Source of the DNA: Podarcis vaucheri
Taxonomy: Eukaryota
Strand: one strand, 5' to 3'
Length of the DNA: 64,000 nucleotides
Assembly (NCBI GenBank): GCA_965113315.1
Contig: OZ220363.1
Numbering within the stretch: position 1 is the first letter of the stretch; each line of letters opens with the position of its first letter. The position numbers were made by a program, and so were the translations under genes. Of the stretch, positions 1 to 11,400 are shown one piece after another. The notes under the pieces were generated by a model. That model did no database searches. It saw only the letters and a program-made list of their open reading frames with translations, and had not been told where the DNA came from.

Positions 1-309
1 CATGGCATAATCTCACACTTCTCTCCAGTGAGTGGACTGGTCATGCATGGATCTTAAGCTACCAGGGCAAATACATATTGTATTGTGTTCTCCATGCAGT
101 ATGTTCTGCTAGGTAAGATTTTTCAAAAATAAGGGAGTTGTCTGCTCCCTGATTGGCTTGCACTTTGAGTACATGCTTGAGCTGTTTATTTTCTAACTTA
201 GTAGATTTTTAGTATATTCAGCTGGGCTCTGAATAACTGTGTCTCAGGCTAACTATGCAATTTTGTTAGGGTACTTTTCCTTATTCCTTGTACTGTGACC
301 AGTAGATTG

Positions 310-1088
310 CCGTATTTTTCGCTCCATAAGATGCACTTTTTTCTTCCTAAAAAGTAAGGGAAGATGTCTGTGGTCCCTGGAGCCGAATTGCCCAGGGGCG
401 AAAAGCAGATCATGCTTTTTTTTAAAAAAAAAAAAAAAGAGGGAAGTGGGTGTTGAAACAAAGCCACTGATCAGCAAGCGATCAGGAGGGAGATGAGGGA
501 CACTAGCAATAAAGGAGGCTGTCTGGGAGGGGGGAGGTAAAGACAGCGAACTTGGAAGGAGAGGAGACAGGAAGACTAAAGCACTGAGGAGAGAAATTAG
601 AAGAAAAGGATAAGCAAAAAACTGCTCCAGCTAAGGAAAAGACACTAATGCAAACAAGAGGGAAGGGAGTGTTGAAAGGAAGCAGCTGATTGGCAAGCGA
701 TCGGGAGGGAGATAAGGGACGCTAGTGATAAAGGAGGCTGCCTGGGAGGAGGGGGGTAAAAGCCCATGGATCCTCAGGATTTTTGCATTGGGTCACCCGA
801 AATCACATCAGATCACATAGCATGTCCATGGCTACAGCCTGCACCAAAAAAAATCCTGCACCCACCGTTGCGTGGGGCCACAATGGCGCAAAAATGTGGT
901 TACAAAGCACAGGTCCACATGGATCCTCAGGATTTTTGCTTTGGGTCACCCCAAACTCGCCGTCAAATCACACGTCTGTGGCCACAGCATGAACCACAAA
1001 AATCATACATCCACTGTTTCATTCAGAATATTTTTTTTTTCTTGTTTTCCTCTAAAAACTAGGTGCGTCTTATGGAGCAAAACTACGG
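310..1088. mobile_element. Non-autonomous Tc1/mariner-superfamily (Tc2/Kanga-like) DNA transposon (MITE) with internal duplications
   Basis: Terminal inverted repeats CCGTATTTTTCGCTCCATAAGATGCAC (310) and GTGCGTCTTATGGAGCAAAACTACGG (ends 1088). The same TIR family occurs at 37405-37664. Internal direct repeats at ~465-540/~685-760 and ~765-800/~918-952. Confidence 0.7.
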
Positions 1089-2174
1089 TGCTTCTGTAGG
1101 TTAGAATCAGACGCCCTGGTAAATGTGTCAAGGGCCCAGTCTATATATTGCAATAAGTCCTGGTTACTGTGAACTAGTAGCATGCTAATGCAAACTGCTC
1201 AGTAGCTGCCAGTTTGCTGCTGCCCTGCCATGAATGACAGCAATAATCTGATCAAGACACAATCCGCAATCCAAAGTTTGTTCTTGACTTACCGACCATT
1301 GTTCAAGAGAAACAAGCTGTGATTCCAATGTGCATGTTAATGACAAGCCAATCTCCATGGCTTATTGCTCCCATCCATGCTATGGGAAAGTGCGAGTGCT
1401 TGGGCAGTTTTGTTTTTAAGTTTGTGCAGAAAGCTACTTTTGCCCTTCCTGACTGTATTGATTGTGTCTGAGGCTGTACCTCTGCAAGCATTAAATTCAG
1501 AGTCAGTCATCATTAGTGTGTTTGATTTATGGAATCCCTGATGAGCCCAGCTATGATTCACAGACGTAACTATCTCTTTGAAGAGTTTTTACCATCTCTG
1601 TGTTCATGTTTGCTGGTCTTGTTTGCCTCTTTGTAAAGCAAACCAATAAACCCAACAACAAATCCAGCTGACTTATACTACTTTGAATTCTCAGACCTAG
1701 CATAAGGGAGAGAAATTGCAAAAAAAAAAAAAAGAGTTCAGATCTTTTATTTCAAGAGGAGCATCACAGACTAGTATTGGTAGAATAACTTCTCTAACTT
1801 GAAAATTAGCCAATTTTTTCCAATGGCAATCTGCCTTGGGTGCCCTGGAATAAAAAGTGGAGTAGAAACTACAAAAATAAGTAAAACATAGCCTTGCAAT
1901 CTCACCACCCTCTTTGCTTTATGAATGTGACTAGCACCTAAGGTGGCGATGAGTCTGACTTGAGAGTAAGTTTGATTCAGTGGGTAAAGTGCTGAGTCTA
2001 GTCCAGTTCAACCATGAGCTAAGACAACCCTGTAGCTTTGGTTCCCTATTGCATGTGGAAATAACTTCCCCGTGGAGTTACAGTCCAGGGTTAATGAACA
2101 AAATTCTCAACAAACCTCTTTGAAAGTGCTATAGAACTTACTGGCTTTTCCAATTTTGTTTTGTCTCTTTCTAG

Positions 2175-4150
2175 GAGCGTGGGAAGCATTCAGTGTTTTT
2201 ATGGACTCTGATCTCCTCTCCTTAATCAAGACTAAAATATGGAGGCTTCTCCACCCCCTCCTTCCCACTGCCCTCTGCTCTTTCCGGACCCCTTGGAAGG
2301 GACTTTGCCTGCAGAACTCCATCTGGCACACCATGGTATTGGGACCTGAGCTCTGCCTGTGTGCTGTCGCTGCTGCTTGATGGAGAAGCACTGAATGACT
2401 TGGAGGGTGGGAGGGGTTGGTTGTCTGAGCCACCGTGACCAGGGGGCCACTTCAATCCATGGATTCTTGGACCCAAAGAGAATGGTGCTTTCCACAGAGG
2501 TCTCTCGCCTCTTTCCTTTCCGTGGCTTTTTTAGGAGCACTGGGGAAGGAGCCCATCCAGCTCGTCTCCTGCAACAAAAACTGGTGCTTCAGCGCAGTAT
2601 GAGATGTCTGACCCTATTCTCCCCGGAACTCGTGTCCACGGTCCACACTGCATTGTTTTCTTAGGCATCGAGGCATCCATTCCTCCTTAAATCTGATCCT
2701 TTTTCCCAAGCAGCTTCAGTCTCACCCTCCAGCACCGTTGTACACAGCTTAGAAAACAGTATTTCCCTGCTAGGATGGAAGGCAGGCTGGCTGCTTCTTC
2801 GGGTCACCCCTCTTCTCCCTTCCTCCTTTAGTTGCGGGGAAATGTCACCTCCTTTCTACCTGGCTTCTTCTAGAGGGGCCTGCGTCGGTCAACCGGCTCG
2901 CAACGTTGAATCTCCCTTAAAAAATAGATCTGGCTACTGCAGGTCCGCTTTCCACTGATTTGCTAACCATTTTTCCTCGCTTTGTTTCATGCAATAGCTG
3001 CTCCAGTTGTAACTTCTGATGTAAACCTTTGTTTCTGGGGCCAGCCCCTCCCAGATTGCCGCCTTCCTTGTTGTAGAGGAAGTGTTGTGAACGGAGACCA
3101 TCGAATGGAAAGGGGCAAAGTCAAGCTGGGGCTACCTGGAAGTTACCGAATGCAGCACACCCTAAGCATTTTTAAAATTCTATGTGATGTACTTGTTGAA
3201 CGTGTTGATTTAAGGTCCAGAGCTTTCCTTGGCCCCTGCCTCCTTTTAAAAGGAATTCCTTTTTGGAGTGGTTCACTCATGAGTTTGCTTCAGATCGCAC
3301 CATACCTCACTGATCTCTGGCATGCCAGTCTAGGGAGACGATTAGAGACAGTGGGAGGCGTCTCTTCACACCACCATATTTAGCTGTGTTATGTAATCGT
3401 AAGTAGGGTTTCTGGAGCCACTCTAGTCACCAGGCAGCCCTTTGAGACCAGTTGCAGCAAAAACCTGCGTGTTTGGAGCATTATGGGACAAAAGCACCTG
3501 CAGAGTTCTTGATTAAGCTCTCATCCTTGAGTTGCAACCCTACGGGTGTTCATTTTCAGCTTTCATTGCTCCATCCTAGCCTGAGCACCCAGTTACTTAA
3601 AATCAAGGTAACACGTTACACCCTGGAATATGCAGTCTCCAGCAACTGGATCTCAGTAGTGAGGCCAAGCATCTGTTGTGCTCACGAACACTTAATGTGA
3701 TTGTTCAGCTGCATGGTGAAGCCTCCCTTGTAGAAGGACCCTGTTTTGACTCACAGAACAATGTTGTGGCCTAAGGCGGAGGGGGTGGTGTCTGGCAAAG
3801 GATGTTCTTGTGTGATGTGGCACCTCCTTTTGTACTGTTGATCACAGAGGTGCTCAGCTCTAAATGTGGTTTTTTAAAAAATAAAACGGGGAAAGTTGTG
3901 TAAGCAATGGAGTGACAACTTAAACTGTAAAATATATTAAAAATTGATGATTGGAAAAGTTGCTTTTTACATAATGGACATTTTTAGTTTGTTTTGAAAT
4001 AATGGAAGTAAGAAAAGAAAGAAATGAAACAACAGAAACATAGCCTTGGTTCCTTTCAACTCACCCACCCCTGTTCTTCGTGATTTGATTTGTTTGTCTT
4101 TTTCTGATAGGTTGGAAATTGTGTAATAAACTTGATGATATTGTCAATCT
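2175..4150 (+). other. CPSF7: Probable terminal non-coding exon (3' UTR) of CPSF7
   Basis: Strong acceptor ttttgtctctttctag| at 2174/2175, no credible ORF, and AATAAA at 4125-4130 followed by U/GU-rich sequence. Position and orientation match the human CPSF7-TMEM216 tail-to-tail arrangement. The exon start resembles mammalian CPSF7 3'UTR as I recall it; not verified by alignment. Confidence 0.5.
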
Positions 4151-5103
4151 TTTATACTGCATTGTATGGCTTCTTTTCATTTTGTAACTATTTTGAATGC
4201 TGGGTGAGCTGTTTTCTAGAATCTCCACTAAATATGAGCGGGGGACAGGGGGGAGACCTTGATATGGAAAAGAGGATGGATAGATAAGACAGGTGCCATA
4301 TTTTGGCTGGGTAGTAGCCCTTGTAAAACCATGGTTTTATGTATTGCTAAACTAGTTCCAAACCCACTTTATGTACACATATTAAAATGATTTTTTAAAA
4401 AAGCTTCTATCTCTCAGTCATCTCCATTTAAAGGGGAGTGTCTGGTAGCAAGCCAAGGAAAGATTTGAGACCCTTGAGAATTTCTGCCAGTGTGAAATCA
4501 GTACACTGAATGAAGATTTGATGCTCAGCATCATTTTAAGGAGCTCCTTTAAAAAATATTTGCTCTGGAAAACATGAACAGAAATCACAGGTTTCATAAA
4601 AAGGCATAAGCATTATGCTGAACAGAGATGGGGAAATGAAGCCATGATGGAAACAGATGAAACTCAAACACTTTGAAAGGGGATTGTGCCTTTCACGTGA
4701 AATTGAATATTACAGGCAAGGATGCAAGGAAATATAATAGCATATAAGGGCTTTCTATGGCAGGAAAAGGTTCAGTTACAAGAGTACAGTATTGTCCTGA
4801 TTGCTAGTGGTATTCAGTGAAATGTTTCTGGGGATCATAGGCTTGCACAGATGGCTTGTGTTTCACCTTCCTGAAGGTTTGTCATAAAAGGGCATTTGCC
4901 TGTGACTGGCGGATGAGGTGGTAGTACTTTCAGAATGCAGCTTGAGTGGTGAACAGTCTGTGGGAGGGGCTTAATGCTGAGTGGGTGGGTTTACCTGGTT
5001 GCTAGGTGATGATTGTGATCTAAGGGACCAGGATTAATCTCAAGTGAGCCCAGATAACTGGTCTGATGAATGGGTACCATTCAAGTCTCTTGTCATTCTC
5101 ACC

Positions 5104-5409
5104 ATGACATACTCACTAGAATTTGGCCTTGTTAATGCGGCCAACCGGTACCTGACTGCTGAACCTTTCCGTTTCCAGGTGGCAGCCACAGGCAAGCAAC
5201 TGAAGCCTCGCCAGTTGTGGGTACTGCAGTTTGTGAGCCCACAGGGAGCTGGGGCAGCTGGCCCAGGAGAAGGGGCTGGCCAAAAGCTTCACCTGATCAG
5301 TGCACTGAAACGCTACTTGGCGGCTGACGCAAATGGAAAAGTCACCTGTGACCAGGACAAACCAGGGCCTCAGACCTTCTTTCTCTTGCATCAGTATCCA
5401 GATGGCAAG
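5104..5409 (+). CDS. Fascin-like exon 1 (MTYSLEFGLVN...YPDGK)
   Basis: accATG start, fascin N-terminal motif, weak donor AAG|gtgctg (phase 0). Confidence 0.85.
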
Positions 5410-8400
5410 GTGCTGTCTCTCACGCAGGCACAAGCATCCTATCTCTCAAGTGTAGCTTATGTTCGATATTATCGGGCTGGAATTCTGGACAAAGAGGGTT
5501 GGGTGGGTGGGTGAGACGGAGGGCAGAAGGTAGGAAAACAATGCTTAAAGTTGCCTCAAAAGGGCCTCAAAACTATTCCGCTATTACCCAAATGTAGGCT
5601 TCTTGTTTTGCTTACAAATGTTTTTTACAATTAAGAGGCAGAAATGAGGGCAGGGTTGAGCTCGATTTGCAGACTAGTTTGCTGTGGTGAGAAGCAGGGT
5701 TTTTCTAGATTCTTACGGGTAAGTCCAGGCAGCAGATTCCTGCACTCCAGTGCTGTAAAGTGCATCAGGAAGAGTGCAAAATGTTCCTGGACTCCCCCCC
5801 CCCCCATGGTCTCCTTGGGAAGCCAGTAACATGAGCCAAAGCTTTTTGCCCCTGTCGGCCAAACAGTATGATAGTCAGCCACTATGGGCTGAAGGGGAGA
5901 GAATGTATCTGACTAGCTTATTTGAGTCCCTGTGCTAAGAGTTGCCGGGTGTATCCTTCAAGGTGCCCTAGCCACTTCCCATCCACAACTGGAAACAACT
6001 GTTGCACAATGGAACTTGGGTGATCATGGCAACTCCATAAGCCCAAAGGTGTAACGTAACTGGTGTAATGATACCTGAATTTTATTCTGCCATGTTCTTT
6101 GCTCATTGAGAGTATTCCTGCTTTTCTTGTCTTGGGCAATGTAGCTGACCAGACATCTTTCCCTCCCTGCAGGTGTCCTTGCAAAATGAACAGTCCAAGC
6201 GCTACCTGGGTGGAGCAGAGGAGAACGTCACTTGCTTTGCCCAGGCTGCCACCGAAACTGAAAAATGGACCCTCCACCTGGCTGTGCACCCCAATGTTGC
6301 CATGTACAACCCCAACAGGAAGCGTTATGTGCGGTGTGATGATAAAACTGGGGTGCTGCGCTGTGACCGTGACATGCCCTGGGGGGCTGAATCAGTCATC
6401 ACTATCTACTATGATTTCAGAGGTGGGTGGTGGCATTTTCCTATTTTGTTTTCAATTGATATGTCAATTTTTCTCTCTAATACTGTAACACACATCTCCC
6501 CCCCCCCTTTGTTGGGGGAGCGTGTTAAAGAAGCAAAACAAGCTTTCATTCTGCTGTAGGGTTACACACACACACACACACACAGCAATTCCTATTGCAG
6601 ATGAGGACTTATAGCTACCATACTAACAAGAAAGTTGCTTCTTCTGAACTAAGGATTGTTTAAAGTTTTCTGTTATCCTCTCCAACTATGGAGCAGACAC
6701 CTGGGGTAAGTCTGAACACCTGGAAAGACTTGAGAAATTTGAGAGATGGAGAAAGTCTGTACCGGTCACAGGCTTTCTCCTCCCACAGTGAGAAAGTTGC
6801 TACTTTATTCTACAGATGTTTGTCTGCTTGTGATTTTACCTGTACATGAGGATTTCTAAGTGCTACAGGTGGGTGGGGTGGCCTGGGAAGGCAGTAAGTG
6901 CTTCTAAGTGGAAGGTCTTAATTCAAAAAGTTTGAGTGACACTGCCTTATTTACACATCTCTATCCAAAGGCCACCCAAGCACCTTCTAAGATAGTCCTC
7001 TGTTATTGATGTGTGAAAAAGTTCAGTTTGAGTCATTTGCATCTCCTCCAATAGGTCTGGAGTCCAATGGTGAGAGAAGGCAATTTTCCCCATACATACC
7101 AGGTGAATTCAAATTCTGTTTACCCAAAAAGTCACTGTGGCTGGCAGGAATTTTGATTTCCTTGACATCATTAATTAGCCTGGGTAATTCTTAGAACTAC
7201 TAATTGCCCTATGCAAGACTTTCTGGTAAGTTAGACACCAGTGCAAACTTTCCAAATAAGGCAAGAAAGGGAATTGTCTGTGCAGTGAAGTTTCCAAGTG
7301 CAAATCCTCTTTCCTGACCGTATTGATGTTGGAGGTTCCCCACTCTCACACACACACTTTTAAGTGAAATTGCACACTAGGCTAAATAATCTAATACAAC
7401 CAGTTTTTAAAACACACATGTAGTGTGGATAAAGGTGTGTATTAGTGCAGATGGGAACATGACTTCAATCCCAATCTCAGCCTGCATGTGCCCATGGCAC
7501 ATCTCACTATACCTGGGTAGGGGGTCATGGCCTCTAGCTTTATCAAGCAAACATGTAAACCCCCAAAGTAATTATGCAAGAAAAATAGGGTGTAATCTAC
7601 GAGGAAACAAATGCAGTATCAGCACCACCAATGCTGTACAAAGCTGAGGCCCAATGAACCTCAACTTGCCTATCAGAACAAAGCATGGGGGCTGTTTACA
7701 CACATGTACAAATGATATATGAGATTCTGGGTAAGGGAAATACAATGGGAAATGTTAAGGGTGAACAGGACTAGCGTGCTCTAAAGGGTTGGTGTTTGGA
7801 ACTGCAGGCAGGGTGGGTTTGTGTGGCAATCCTGCAGTGAAACAAGCATCAGCCCTGATGCTGCTTTGTAAGACAATTGATTTGGAGATTGTTTTCCAGG
7901 ACTGAACACCAAGCTGCTGTCAACCTCTCATCTCTCTCGCCTTTGTCTCCAGCAAAGAAGTATGGATTGAGGAATGGGGCTGGCAAACTGTTGGCTTCCA
8001 ACGGCTCACTGGTACCAGATGTTACCCCACAAACTTTGTACTCCCTGGAGGTGCATGGCGGCTTGGTCGCTCTGCGGGATGAGGAGGGAAAGTACTTGAC
8101 TGGGCGAGAGGGTAGCATGAGAACCGTAAAGATGGACAAACCTGGACGGGAGGAACTCTTCAGCATGGAATCCAGCCCTGCCCAGGTCTCTATGCGCTCT
8201 TCTTCTACTAACAAGTTCATTTGCTGCAGGCCAGGTAAGTCAGGAGAAAACAGTACTATCTATATTGCATTGCACTTTGTGGAGCCTCTGCAGCTGATTG
8301 GCTTTTCCGATCTGATGAGATGGAATGTTTGTGACCATTTCACCTGCTCAGAAAATGAGGCACAGTGGTGGTCCACATTCTGCGAGCAATGGGGCAGTTG

Positions 8401-11400
8401 TCAGTTTGGTTGGGTAAAACTGAGATAAGACTGACTCGGGAGGCAGGGTGAAGGCTGGGAGGAGTTCTTAGAAGGCAGGTAAGCTTAGATGCTGGGACCT
8501 GAGAGGCAAGATTGCTGAAGAGAGGATGCAGAAGTAAGAAGCAGAAAAAGGGCACATACAATTGAAGTAGCAAGGATCCAGTAAGATTACGGTCCCTGAA
8601 AAAAACCACAGCATTTCTTATTAAAAGTGGTGTGACAGAAGTGCTAGGGAGGCTAACCAGAATACAAGATGGCCAATCGAAATGGGGCTAAGTAGGCTGT
8701 GAGCTGAAAAAGCAAAAACCTGAGGAAATGAATGGTGTAGCTATAGAACTAGGGCAAGAAGACTGGAAGAAAACCACACAAAGTGCTTTGACTAGAGAAA
8801 CCCAGGATGGAATTTAATGTCATTTTAAGGCGATTGTTCTGCTTCCCAGATGAAGTGATTTCACCTTTCCCACATACTTGTTCGGGGGTTGTCTTGAACC
8901 TGCAGAGCAGATTTGGGGGGCCATGGGAGAAGCCATGTAGCCAGAGATCTTCCATCGGGCTCCCCTGGTGAGACAGGTTACTTGAATCCACACACTGCAC
9001 TCCTTTGGAAGAAACGAAGTACAGCAAGCCAGCAACTTACGGCACATTTAACTTGTGCACAATTAATCCAGATCTGAAAGAGGATTTGAATTTAGGCTTG
9101 CACGTGACGTTTTGTGCTCTTAAACCAGCCTGCCTCCAAAGATAAAGATAGGAAGGTCCAAATGATCCTAGGTCAGTTGACACACAAACAATGCCCCCAT
9201 TCTCTGCACAATGTTTTCCTCTTTCGATCCATGAAGCACTGATTTCAGCCTGCAGGAGTGGGCAATGGCATATGTAGGAATGCTGACCTCGGGTGTTTCT
9301 TCCCTGCCCCCTGCAGGTGCTGATCTCTATGCCAATGCTATGGCTGTCGGCAACACCGAGATCTTCCAGGTGCTGTTTGATGACACCACAAAGAAGGTCT
9401 GCTTCCGTAGCCACAGCGGCGCGTATATGTCCTTGGTGAGTGTGCCTGCCACGCATTACGAAGAACAGCAGCAATCAGGCAGGACCAGCTATTTCAAATT
9501 GTTTCCTAACTATGGAGAAGGACTGCAGTCCGTAGGTGGTAGAGCACATGCTTTGCATGCAGAAAGCCCCAAGCTTTTTTCAGCCACAGCCACTCAGTCC
9601 AGTCTTGTCCCCAACCTCCTTCTGACTATATTCTACAATGGGCAACACTGAGACTAAGGAGGGAGGAAGCTGACAGGCAGCCCCACCCCACGACTGGTTG
9701 TAAGTGAGAATGGGGGGACTGATCAAGGGCAGAGTGAGGATGGTGGGGCAGGGCCCCTTTTGCCCAAGTGGATCAGCTTCCACTGGATACACCTGTGCCC
9801 AGATTGTGGTGCACTAACTTAATCTGGAATTCTTTTAAATGTGAGCAAGGAGGTGGGTGAGCGGCATCCTTGACGCTTGGCTGCGATCATTCACAAAAAT
9901 TGTGGCCTGGTTCAAAAAACAAAACGTCGTAAGCTTGAAACGATGTAGTAGAGGCTTTGCCACCTCAAGTGTTCACCAAGTCTCCCCGGATGAAGAAGAT
10001 ATATCTGCGCCATGTGTGTATTAATACAGAAAGGCAGGCTGCAAATCAAGAGGATAATAATATAGCAAGCAGAGAACTGATAAAAGGAGGCTTGTTAAAT
10101 AGCAGAAGATAGCTCTTGGTCCTGGACTTGTTTGTTAATGTTAGTAAGGGCTGTCTCAGGCCTTTTCCAAAATATTTTTGTCAACTTTAGTGCGGGTGGG
10201 GGGAGTTACTCTATTCTACAAAGCAAAACAGGGCATTATACACAATCCTCCTTGTGTAAAAGTGGAAAATTGTTTTTTGTACACTGAGGATGGAGAACCT
10301 GTGGCTCTCGAGTTGTTGTACTCAAATTCCTATTGTCCTTGATCATTGGCTGGCAGTTATTACTCCAACATATTGAAGGCCTCAGGTTTCTCATCCCTGC
10401 CACAGATGAAATATGTAAGTGTGCAGTAGGAATGCACATCTTCCTGAACAACCTCTTAAGAGAAAGCTAACTGCTTAAGCCTGGAGCGCTGGAGACATCT
10501 TTTTCAGGTCTGCTATTCACTTACCTGGGAGTAAAACTTGTTGAACTAAATGAAACTTATAAGTAGAGTTGAAGGTGGTCTTCTGGCTGCATTGTTCATG
10601 GTGTGCACATACACTATCTGCTATGAACCCAGTCAGAAATTTTGCAGATTTTTGTTGTGCTTCAAAACCTATACTGCACATCTAACATACCATTTAGAAA
10701 TCTTATAGTTTGGCTTCAGTCTGGGCTATGGTTCACATAGTGCAACTTGAAGTGTGAAGTCAACAATAAAGTGGCTTTGAATAAAGCCAAGGTCCACCAC
10801 CCTCCCTAGCTTGCTGATGCTAGAAACCTTCCCCTTTTGGAGGTAACTGCTGCTGGACTAACCTCCCTGGTATTGAGAAGCTCATGCATTGCTGTACTCT
10901 TGTGTTGCGTCACCTACCACAATGGAACTCTCAGTCTTGATGCAGCACCAAATACCTTCCACTGAAAATATATCAACATGGATCTCAGAACGTAGCTGAT
11001 AAAGGGACTGCTACAGAAGGTTTCTATCAGTCAAAGTAACCCCAAAACACAAAAAGCACTTTCCAACGAATGCATCCTGTCTTTTGCAGGGTCCTAATGA
11101 CTGTATTAACAGCAACACCAAACAGGACAGGAATGTCTGGTTCGACATCCAGTACCAAGACCAAAAGGTGTGTCTCCGCATAGCAGACAAGCAAGTGTCC
11201 ATGCGGCCCAATGGACAGCTCCTGGCAATTCCCAAAGCTGCAGGTACAAGTTGGTAGAGAGCTTCTCTTACAAGCACCAGGGCATCAGTGTGGACAGGTG
11301 AACACAGCTAGGGTGGGAAGAGAGACTGCACACTGCCAGCTGCAAATTAGCTTTAGGTAGTTCTAGGGGAAAGGACTGGAAGCGACAGCCTTGCACTAAC

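Noticed and set aside
465-960. CRISPR-like or prokaryotic repeat array
   Set aside because: Only two-copy imperfect repeats inside a transposon, in clearly vertebrate intron-containing DNA.
2107-3700. ORFs of 75-133 aa at the left end
   Set aside because: No recognisable homology; better explained as 3'UTR sequence.
5044-5103. 20-aa N-terminal extension from GTG in the ORF track
   Set aside because: Non-ATG start with no fascin homology; the ATG at 5104 has good context and matches the family N-terminus.
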